Shown: one piece after another, positions 50,097 to 59,438 of the stretch
Layout: each line of letters starts with the position of its first letter
How positions within the stretch are numbered: the first letter of the stretch is position 1
From: Andalucia godoyi And28
Taxonomy: Eukaryota > Protista > Jakobida
DNA: 64,000 nt
Assembly: GCA_009859145.1 (NCBI GenBank)
Contig: VRVR01000047.1
Coordinates: 128,934 to 192,933, forward strand
Direction of reading: 5' to 3'
Translations under genes and position numbers: made by a program
The notes under the pieces: generated by a model
What the model was told of the DNA's origin: nothing
What the model saw: only the letters and a program-made list of their open reading frames with translations
The model's database searches: none

Positions 50097-50423
50097 ATGA
50101 GTTACCCTATTGAAAGAGATGCCGAGCCGCCCTTGGACGAAAATTCTGTCTCGTCTCCAGATGCACAATTCAAGGCAACGTTGCGGCCGAGTCTCCGCCG
50201 CGAGGGTCCCACTGCTCCCAAAATGGGCGAGCATCCGTTCAGTTCCAGCGCTGGAACCGCCATTTGGCCTCCAGACCATGCGCAGTATGCCCCGATGAGC
50301 CGCGAGGTGATGGACGCCGATCGCGAGCGTTTCCATCACGAGCAGCTGCAGACCCGGCATCCGATGTCCAAAGAGTCGCCCGACACTACAAACGTATCCA
50401 ACCCAGACCAATCTTCGCGCTAG
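50097..50423 (+). CDS. Short hypothetical protein (108 aa)
   Basis: ATG-started GC-rich ORF between T-rich spacers; no recognisable motif. Confidence 0.4.
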   Translation: MSYPIERDAEPPLDENSVSSPDAQFKATLRPSLRREGPTAPKMGEHPFSSSAGTAIWPPDHAQYAPMSREVMDADRERFHHEQLQTRHPMSKESPDTTNVSNPDQSSR

Positions 50424-50470
50424 CACATCTTTATTTCTCCTCCATCAACCCTTGCCTTGTCTTGATGACC

Positions 50471-50853
50471 GATGAGTAATAACACGTCATTGTCATGCAT
50501 ACGGGGGAGTATACATAAACAGACACGGTCGATACTTCGCCGACACTAGCACGTTTGTTTCACAGAAATTCGTGATACAGGGCCTCCTAGGTCCCGCAGA
50601 CCTACTAAGAGACCACGTGTCACTACGCCTGCTGCTAGGGCCGTCAGCATCAAAATGCACCCTTCTCAGGAACAACGTGTCACGCTGAGAAAGTGGCTCA
50701 CCGATTGATCGAGATTGGGAACGGAGCGCGGAGCATTTATCTGAAGAGCGCCGTGAGGCATGTTGGGGCCTATCCCCTTCCCGGCAACGGGATGCAAGAC
50801 TGCGTATGCATGTCTATTCGTGGGTGTGCATGTTCAGTGTGTAATGTAGGCGT
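50471..50853 (+). mobile_element. Non-autonomous, internally deleted TnpB/Fanzor2-type element (copy B)
   Basis: Encodes GPPRSRRPTKRPRVTTPAARAVSIKMHPSQEQRVTLRKWL (RAV...WL at 50637-50699), joined to IDRDW[+1 nt]NGARSIYLK (50704-50746) and VGAYPLPGN; inverted homologue of 36166-36748; ends aatgtaggcgt. Confidence 0.8.
50704..50853 (+). ncRNA. Candidate omegaRNA scaffold of copy B
   Basis: TCCCG-GCAA-CGGGA GNRA hairpin (50779-50792) and GTATGCATGTCTA-TTCG-TGGGTGTGCATGT hairpin (50804-50833). Boundaries are inferred. Confidence 0.55.
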
Positions 50854-51036
50854 AAAACCAAGCATCTCCATTGTGCTTTTTTGTTCTTGTAATGTTGCGT
50901 CTGCTGTATCGCAACAGAAAAGAAATTCCCGATTGTCGGGCAATAAAAAACCTCCGATGCGCCAAAAACGATTCACCAAATCTCCGATATCCAAACTCCG
51001 AAGTCGGAAGTTGCCAGCTCGTGCTTCCCCAATGTT

Positions 51037-51106
51037 GAGTTCTGAGTTCTGAGTTCTGAGTTCTGAGTTCTGAGTTCTGAGTTCTGAGTTCTGAGTTCTG
51101 AGTTCT
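51037..51106 (+). repeat. (GAGTTCT)10 heptamer tandem repeat
   Basis: Ten perfect units, directly visible about 110 nt upstream of ATG 51214. Confidence 0.97.
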
Positions 51107-51213
51107 GCAAGACAGAAACGACCGCCGCCGAGAGAGTCCGTGCGTCCACATAAGAGCTTGTACTGTTGTTTTAAGAAGGTTACAGGAACACCTTCCCCCT
51201 TCCGCACCCCGCC

Positions 51214-52563
51214 ATGAACCGAGAGCGGCTGCTGGAGGGTGATCCCGAGTCTCGATCTCCGGATCCAAAAGATGCGTCGGTGGCGTGGCGCGGGTCTGGC
51301 GCATCGTCCGATCGCGAGTCTCTGATTCCTGTATTCGATTATCTGCTGTATTCTGTTGGGATTCTTCCAGCCAAGAAGTGCTGGAGAGTGACGTACCGAT
51401 ATGCGTACGACACGTATTCGGTCTTATGCGCGCTGTTCTGCTGTCTTGCGATGCCGTACGCGCTCTACATGCATTACGGAGTCGGTGTTTCCGTCAATGG
51501 CATCTTTGGATTCTTCATGACAATCGTGAACATTCAGCCGCCGCTATGCTGGTTTGCGATGTTTGCGTACATGCGATACTCGAAACATCACAAGCACGTC
51601 TTTGTTCCTCTCGTTCGCGACATCTACTTGTCTCAGATGGAACGCACGCAAAGAACACTGTTGTTCCATGTGAAATGGACGTTTGTCTACTCGGTTGCGA
51701 ACATTATTCTCTATATTATTTGGCTGATGTTTGGTGTCTATCCGTTCTTCCCAAAAATGAGCACGGGTTTCCGCATCATTTTTGTGGTCCTGCCAGTCAC
51801 CTTTATCTACCGATTGGCAGTCCCATTTCTGTCGTGCCTGACGTTTGCACTCCTCATGCGAGCACACATCCGACAGATGCTTATTTTCCAGAATTACCAC
51901 TATCTCACCCCGCCGCTCTCGAGCAGGGAGCTCAAGCCGCTGTCGTGGAAGCAAGGGTCATCAGGTCCGTTTTTCCCAAACTCGGACGAGTTCGAACGCT
52001 CCTTCCGCGACAAGTACGGAGCGTCCACGACGGGTGCCGTGAGCCCCAGCGTTTCCACTTCCATTTCGTATTTGGTGAGCCTAATGTCCTTCAATATTGC
52101 GCAGCGCAACGCAACGCAAAAGGCATGGTCTTTTCTGTTCCTGTCGACAACGTTCATCCCGGTGTTGTGCATTGTTGCCATGGCAATTGAAGCGGTGCAC
52201 GACGTGGAAGAGCTGATTAATGGATGGTATTTCATCATATATGCAGTTCATTTCATCCTGCAAGCCGTCTGGATCTTCGACTGTGGTGCTCGAATCAGTT
52301 TGGTCTCATGGCAGATCCGAACGACGATTCTACGCGACATTGCAGCAAAGTTCGTCGTGTTCCAGCCCGGCGAGTGCATCATCACCGTTTCCTCTTACAT
52401 TGCGTACTTGCAGACTGCATATCGCGCATTCAATGTCCTTGGTGTCCCCATCACATACTCTCTCGGCGCAAAAATCACGCAGGTTCTTGTCTTTTTCATC
52501 GGCCCACTCTTCATTGCTGCGTTCGTTCTTTACCGCTCTTCCAAAGGAGAAAACACCGCTTAA
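51214..52563 (+). CDS. Multi-pass membrane protein, GRL/7TMIC candidate
   Basis: Cytoplasmic N-terminus, YLLYSVGILP helix, about 7 TM segments, long TM4-TM5 loop, C-terminal AFNVLGVPITYSLGAKITQVLVFFIG. Confidence 0.65.
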   Translation: MNRERLLEGDPESRSPDPKDASVAWRGSGASSDRESLIPVFDYLLYSVGILPAKKCWRVTYRYAYDTYSVLCALFCCLAMPYALYMHYGVGVSVNGIFGFFMTIVNIQPPLCWFAMFAYMRYSKHHKHVFVPLVRDIYLSQMERTQRTLLFHVKWTFVYSVANIILYIIWLMFGVYPFFPKMSTGFRIIFVVLPVTFIYRLAVPFLSCLTFALLMRAHIRQMLIFQNYHYLTPPLSSRELKPLSWKQGSSGPFFPNSDEFERSFRDKYGASTTGAVSPSVSTSISYLVSLMSFNIAQRNATQKAWSFLFLSTTFIPVLCIVAMAIEAVHDVEELINGWYFIIYAVHFILQAVWIFDCGARISLVSWQIRTTILRDIAAKFVVFQPGECIITVSSYIAYLQTAYRAFNVLGVPITYSLGAKITQVLVFFIGPLFIAAFVLYRSSKGENTA

Positions 52564-52643
52564 TGATGCCAGGATCCCATCAGTCGTACAGTCCAGCTTC
52601 GTTACAGTACTTTCGCCCTTTAGGTTTTACCGCTTTTTTTGCG

Positions 52644-52688
<45 letters not shown>

Positions 52689-52779
52689 CGTCTTCTTTAT
52701 TTTTTGACTAGTCTTTTTTGTGAAAACGTGTTTTATAAAACTATATATCGCTGTCCACGGTATCATCACTTGGTTTCAA

Positions 52780-54070
52780 ATGCTCCGAAAACGCCCTTTG
52801 GAGTCCTCCGATCGACCATCGAAGAAACCAAAGACACCGTCCTCACAACCCGTTCTCGATGATACGTTTCTGTCGTCGATTGGAAGAGACTCGTATTCTT
52901 CTTCTTCATTGTCGTTTTCGTATGGCTTCCCAGAATTCTTACTATTTTTTGTTTATTTAAATTTCCAACAACAACAACAACAGAAGAAGAAAAAAAAAAA
53001 AAAAAACGAACACATAGTGTCATACAGTTGTGTGATGGTCGAGAATGTGGGTCTAATATTATGCAGAGGATCGAATGCGCTGGTTCGCTCGAGCTCGGCG
53101 AAGAGGATGGGGACAGCAGTTTCTGAGCGAGAAGCACGATCGAACCGGCTTCCGAAGCGGAAGAAGGATAGGCTTCTGGAAGTTGACGTGTCGAAGGAAG
53201 AGACGCAGCGCGAGAAGAAACTTGCGAAGATCCAGGAGTTGAAAGACAAGGCGAGTCGCAGGGCCGATGTGCTGAAGATGCTCAAGGAGAATGCGGTCAA
53301 TGTCGATCTGCTAGAAAAGATGAAGGAGGCTCATCGTCCACGAAATCACGACAAGGACCGAGAGTGGGACTTTGATGCCCTCGAGAAGGAAAAGGAGCAG
53401 GAGCAGGAGCAGGAGCAGGAATTGGAACAGGCAGCCGAAACACAAAGTAGGGAGTCGGCAGAACAAGGAGACAGACGACGAGAGCATGCAGTCTTGTCCC
53501 GAGCGCAGCGGAAGAAGCTTCGCAAACGCCAGCGGGTAGCGGAAGATGAGAACGGATCAGACAGCGATCGCAGTGTAGATTCCGAGGATGTCGACGCGCA
53601 GAATCGGAAGAGTAGGGGCGCTGAGCATGGCCGTCAGAAAGGGGTAGAATTAGAGTTCCAGCAGCAGGAGGAGGAGGAGGAGGAGATTATCCCATCGCAG
53701 GAATTGATTGGCAAGCTTGAAAAACTCAAACTGCAGTTCAAAGAGTGCGAATCAATGTTCTTCTGGACGGGATCGCTGACCGAGCGTCTGATGTCGTTTG
53801 TCAAGGGATTCATCACGGAGCTCGAAAAGAAGGACCTGCACTCCGAAGCCTCTTGGAATCGAACTGTGTCAAGTATCAGGACGTTGATGGAGGAGGAAGC
53901 AAAGCGGTCGTGGTGGAATCCAAGATGCAAGAAAACTGTTCAGGGTTTTGTTGCGGCACTCTCCACCGAGCAACCGCAGCCATTGGCAACTTCTTCCACA
54001 CCGTCTTCTTCTGTGGAAACAGCCAAGGTGGATGCTGAACGAAATCTGTCGGCAGCAGATGATAAGGACA

Positions 54071-54104
<34 letters not shown>

Positions 54105-57100
54105 GGATGAAGACAAGTCGCATGATTCTGCAGATGAGCCGTTTGAAGAGTACTTCCCTCCAATCAAGATTCCGTTGCCCGACATGGACAAGCCAGTGGA
54201 AGATGGCCCAAAACTGACTCTGCGAGACATTGTGCGAATTCATAGGTCTGCCGAGGTCGAGTTGCATCGTTCCTCTCTGCCTGCTTTAAGCGCGGAAGCC
54301 GATGTTCTTGAAGCAGTGGCAAACAACCCAATCATCCTTGTCTCTGGTTCCACGGGTTCCGGGAAGACCACGCAGATTCCTCAGATGCTGTATGAGCAAG
54401 GATACCAGCGATTTGGAAAGATTGGGGTCACTCAGCCCCGCCGAGTTGCAGCGACCTCGATTGCGAGGCGTGTTGCTTTTGAAATGAATTTCGATCTTGG
54501 AAAAGAAGTCGGCTATGTTGTGCGTCATGATTCGAAAGCCTCTGACCAAGTCAGCATTCTGTTCATGACCGACGGAATCCTGCTTCGACAATTGCAGAAG
54601 GACCCGCTGTTGATGGAGTACTCGGTGATCATGATTGATGAAGCTCATGAACGGTCGGTTACGTCGGACATCCTGATTGGAGTCTTGTCGCGGATCGTCC
54701 ATGTTCGTTGGACAATGCCCGAAAACAGGAAATTGCGCGTTATTCTCATGTCCGCTACACTTCGCGTTGAGGAATTCCGAGACTCGTTGAAGCAACATTT
54801 GCCTCTTGTGGCCATTGAGAATCGCCAGTTCCCTGTCGAGGTCCATTTTGCCCGAGAAACTCCAGATGATTACGTTCAGGCCGCGTTTGATCGAGTGCTG
54901 AGAATCCACGCAACGACCAAGCTAGAGGGTGGCGTATTGGTATTCATGACGGGTAGAGAGGAAGTCGAGCGGTTGTGTAAGATGTTGCATGACTGGGAAT
55001 CCAATCGGGACGAAAAATTGAGGCAACTTGCACTGCGAAGAGCAAGAGAAAAGGAAGCTGAAGAAGCCGAGGAAGAGAAGAAGAATGGAGATGTGATTAT
55101 CTTGCAGCCAGAAAGGTTTACGGAAGCAGACGCGACGGTGGAGCGGAACGAGTTCATGGCCGCACTCGACGTCTTGTTGCAGCGTAAGCAGTCCGAGGAA
55201 TCGTTACTGCCACCCATGTCGTCGCACAATGACGCTAAAGGAGTGGGAAAGAAGACGACGAAGAACAACAAAAGCAGCAACAGCAGCAGCAAGAGAGGCA
55301 CAAAGGTCGAGACCGCATCTTCTTCTGCAGAGGAAGAAGAGGAGGAGAAGACATTTCTCCATATTCTGCCCTTGTTTGCGCTCATGGACATGGACAGGCA
55401 GAACCAAGTATTTGAACCAGCGCCATCTCCAAAACATCGACTGGTAGTGGTGGCGACGAATGTTGCAGAGTCATCGCTCACAATTCCTGGAATTCGTTTC
55501 GTTGTTGATTCGGGACGACACAAGACGCGCGAGTACTCTGCAGCCACTGGAGTTGGATACATGCGAAACACATGGATTGCACGCTCGAATTCCGATCAAC
55601 GTGCAGGGCGTGCAGGGCGTGTGGGTCCTGGAGTTTGCTGGAGATTGTTTTCTTCTGCAGTGTTCGCAAACCACATGCCGCAGTGGGACGTCCCAGAACT
55701 TGCGAAGGCGCCGCTTGAGGGCGTGGTGTTACAGATTCTCTCCCTCGGAGTGCCATCTGTTCGGAAGTTCCCGTTCCTAACTGCGCCTGCCCCGTCCACT
55801 CTGGACCGAGCAATCGAGCTTCTGACCGTGCTGGGAGCGATTGTGGACGATACAGAAACACTGTCGCCGCTTGGACACTCGATCGCAAAACTTCCTGTAC
55901 ATCCTCGATATGGAAAGTTGCTTTTGCTCTCCAAAGCAAACGGGTTGCTGGAGTACGCGATATCCCTTGTGGCTGCTCTGTCGGTTCGCGAAATCATTCC
56001 TTCGTTTGCAACTCTCACGGAAGAGCAAAAGCAAAAGATACTGCATCTTTCTCATCCAAAGTCGGATTTCATCACGTTTCTACGCATCATGGGCGCCGCG
56101 GAGTTCTCTCTAGACAAGGCAAGCTTTTGCAACATGTTTGGTGTTCTGCCAAAGCCGCTCAGCGAAGCCTTGAATTTGAAGCGACAGTTGCACATGATGT
56201 TTTTCAAGAAGGTTCCCGAGAAGAAGTTGCCTCCGCCGTCGCAAGAGGACCAGGATAAATTGTTGACGTTGATTGCTTCTTGCTACCTTGATCGCGTCGC
56301 TCGTCGAGCCACATTGGAAGAGCTGAATGTGAAGAATCTGAAGCGGGAGTGGTTTTACTTCGCGATGGGATCGGACAAGCCGGTTCGGATCTACCGGGAT
56401 TCAGGAGTCTCGCGACACGTAACAACGTCGTCTACTGTCCGTGAAGAAGACTGGCCGGAGCTGTTGATCTTTGACAGCATGGAGGACAAGGAGGTTCGAC
56501 GTGGGTTTTCCCAAAATGAGTCTGCTGCAGTCGCGCCACAAGAGGGCAAAAAGACGATTTTGGACAAGAAGGATAAGCTCGACGTTGAGAATGACCATGA
56601 TGATTACGCCGAGATGGACTCAGATGCGGAAAAGGAAACCAAGGGCCCCTCCGAGCTTGTTGAGAAGCATCGGTATATCCGAATGGTGTCGTGCATCACT
56701 CCCGATGTTCTCCTTCAGGTCGATTCCTCTGAGCGGTTCGTCAAACGTTCGAAGCCGCTTGAGACTCCGTGTCCATTCTACGATCCGGAAGAGGACAGAA
56801 TCATGGCTCATTATCGCGTTTCGTACAATCGAGACGAGTTTGACTTGGGAATCTTTACTCTTGCAATGCCCTTCTCACTTGAAAGCATTCGCTGGATTGC
56901 ACGCGGCTTTTTGGAGGGTTGTTTGTTTGAGGGGTTTCCGCGAAACGACCTGGACAAGAGAAAGACTTTCTTGTCAACGTCGCCGTCGCTTGCTACTCGT
57001 GGAAGTGTTCCGCATCCAAAGGCTGCGTTGTTGATCCAAGCCATCGGGCGCCGCAAGTTGACGAGTGCGAGATCGTTCATCGAAATGTGGCAGAAGGAAC

Positions 57101-57420
57101 CGATGGCTCTCTGGAACGAGTATTCCGAATGGCTTGTCCCCGAACATAGAGTGTCTCCAAGTATGTCTGGATTCGCTTGGCCTCCAGTAGATGTCTCGCT
57201 CGACTTGGATGCATCTTTCAAGAGACGGTCCAAGACTCTGAAGAAGTCGCGTAAAGCGAAAGCGAAAACGTCGGCTTCGGCGTCGGAGGCGGGTGATGTC
57301 GAAGCTCGCGCGCGCCGTGTGTCACAGAGCCAGCGCCTTTTGGAGTTGGAGTTGACAGACACAGTGGAGTGGCGGTTTCTTGGTGACGACGATGATTCGG
57401 AAGGCGACGCGTCCGACTGA
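52780..57420 (+). CDS. DHX37: DEAH-box RNA helicase DHX37/Dhr1 (probable intron 52893-53027)
   Basis: GSTGSGKTTQIPQMLYEQGY, TQPRRVAATS, DEAHERSVTSDILIGVLSRI, ILMSATLRVEEF, ATNVAESSLTIPGI, QRAGRAGRVGPG, HA2 HPRYGKLL, PKSDF; ATG at 52780. Confidence 0.93.
52893..53027 (+). other. Probable 135-nt stop-free in-frame GT-AG intron
   Basis: GTATTC...TACAG borders, AT-rich with (CAA)n and poly-A, length 3n; splicing joins GAC TC|T TGT in frame. Confidence 0.7.
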
Positions 57421-57491
57421 TTGCAGAGTTGACGGGGGACGGACCACGAGGTGGGTGGGGAGGAGCGGGGGGGACGACGGGACACGTTCGT

Positions 57492-59069
57492 CTAGTTACT
57501 GAGAAGCGTTCGTTCGAATAAGAACGAGAATATGGCCGTTGACATTCCGATCAGCTTGAGCATTGCGCGATACGTAACATCCATGCCCATGATCGATACC
57601 GGCTGACACTCATTTCGCAGTGTCGCAAAAAACGTGGAGAGCAACATCAAATCTGCAGAGCGCCTGGATGTGCCGTCCGAGTCTGAGGCTAAGACCGAGG
57701 CTGAGACCGATTTCGATGCTTGCAGCTGGCGCAGAGGGGTGTCGCCCATTTGGGACCGACGTCTGGTCAGCTCGGACCATTCGATAACGGCCCTATGAAA
57801 TTGCTTCTTGGGAACTTTGGAGGCCGACTTGCCGGTGTTCGCAACGCTGCTGATGGGCACATAGAGTTCCAGCTGCAATTCGTCGACAACATGCCCCACT
57901 GTGATGTGGGACACAAGCCGTGCAAACCTTTTAGTTTGCTGCGAAGCTTCTGCAGCAGGTGAAACGCAGAGCAGCAACAAGACAAACATGGCCAATGCCA
58001 TGCACGTCAGAAAGAGAGATCCCACTGACGATTCAAATAAAGAAGCTATTGCGCCGACCAAGAAGAAAAAGAACAAGAAGACAAGAGGAAACACAAAAGC
58101 CGTGAGCGATGCTGAGATTCCAAGGGCGAGAGCTTGCTGCTTGGCGAACAGATCCAGGATTTGGGAAAGCGAGATTCTCGATGTCTGGCGCTCCGTCGAA
58201 ACTGCGGAAGGATAAACTCCAGCACCATCCTGGTCCTCATCCACTCTCTCATTCGAACTGGCACGCGAGCGCACGGCCCAATAAAACAGCTCCTCAGTGA
58301 CGTTCAACTGGAGCAGAACCATGATTTTGCACAGGTAGGCCACCGGAATCACTCCTATGAAGATCGAGACATACGGAATCGAGTAGAAGCATCCGTCTGA
58401 CCACAGTTGCAACGAGCTTGCAGACTCTCCATATGTAATGAAATTGATGTACGCGTTCAACCATGCTGCCGCCACACCAACACCTACCGCCACAAGCGAT
58501 CTTCGAAGCACTGAACTGTGAAGCTGCTGCATTCGGCTCTTGTTGACGGAGGGAAACGTCGTGTGGATAATTGGGCCGACTCGCTCGTAGCACGACCATT
58601 GGTACATGACCAAGGCAACGAAAACCGAGAGCAAAATGAGCTCGACCAAGCTTCCGTACACTGCATACCCAGACTCGGACAACAAGTCCACAATCTTGAC
58701 GGCTTCCACCATCCCAAACGAACACACAATCAACGAACGGATGCACAGTCGAAGCCAACGAGGACACTCCGGCAACAGCGAGCACGCAAATCCGGTCAGC
58801 ACAAGACTGTACAATGGAATTACGGGAAGGTCCACAATATCGTTCTCCAATTGCAGCTGCAGTCCGTCTGCTGCACTTCGCGCAGCATCCACCCCGCCTT
58901 GATCATTCTGTGCATGCTCGAACCGAAATGGCGGTTTCTCGATATGCGGGCCGCTCCCCCGTTGTCTTCTACCAGCATGCTTTCTGCGGCAAATACGAAA
59001 TGCGAGGAAGGCAAGCATCCACAGCCCCACAAGCACCAGCTGCACGATCGGAATCACCATGCTCAACAT
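57492..59069 (-). CDS. Multi-pass membrane protein, GRL/7TMIC candidate (tandem paralogue 1)
   Basis: Shares DLPVIPLYSLVLTGFACSLLPEC, CYERVGPIIH, IPVAYLCKI..LLQ.N.TEELF.WA and PAAEASQQTKRFARLVSH with 59439-61091; TM7 PVSIMGMDVTYRAMLKLIGMSTAIFSFLFE. Confidence 0.7.
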   Translation of the reverse strand: MLSMVIPIVQLVLVGLWMLAFLAFRICRRKHAGRRQRGSGPHIEKPPFRFEHAQNDQGGVDAARSAADGLQLQLENDIVDLPVIPLYSLVLTGFACSLLPECPRWLRLCIRSLIVCSFGMVEAVKIVDLLSESGYAVYGSLVELILLSVFVALVMYQWSCYERVGPIIHTTFPSVNKSRMQQLHSSVLRRSLVAVGVGVAAAWLNAYINFITYGESASSLQLWSDGCFYSIPYVSIFIGVIPVAYLCKIMVLLQLNVTEELFYWAVRSRASSNERVDEDQDGAGVYPSAVSTERQTSRISLSQILDLFAKQQALALGISASLTAFVFPLVFLFFFFLVGAIASLFESSVGSLFLTCMALAMFVLLLLCVSPAAEASQQTKRFARLVSHITVGHVVDELQLELYVPISSVANTGKSASKVPKKQFHRAVIEWSELTRRRSQMGDTPLRQLQASKSVSASVLASDSDGTSRRSADLMLLSTFFATLRNECQPVSIMGMDVTYRAMLKLIGMSTAIFSFLFERTLLSN

Positions 59070-59180
59070 CCCGGATCATACAGTGCTTCTGCTTGCCTCA
59101 TCGACGAAGAACTGGGAAAGAACAGGAGAAAAAAAGAAGAATAATAAATGAATTTATAAATAAATAAATTAATAAACACG

Positions 59181-59246
<66 letters not shown>

Positions 59247-59438
59247 CAAAGTGCGAGGGAACGGTTCAGACGACTCGGTTCGGAACGAGAATCGGGACGT
59301 TTCCCGCTCGCTTCCCGACAGCCTTTTGTTTCCTTTAAAAAATAAAGCTGTACGACGGAGGGGCTGCGTACGTGCGGTGCACAGAGGACATCACCGGTTA
59401 CCGTAGGTGTGTCGTGCGGCTGGGATGCCGAGGAATGG

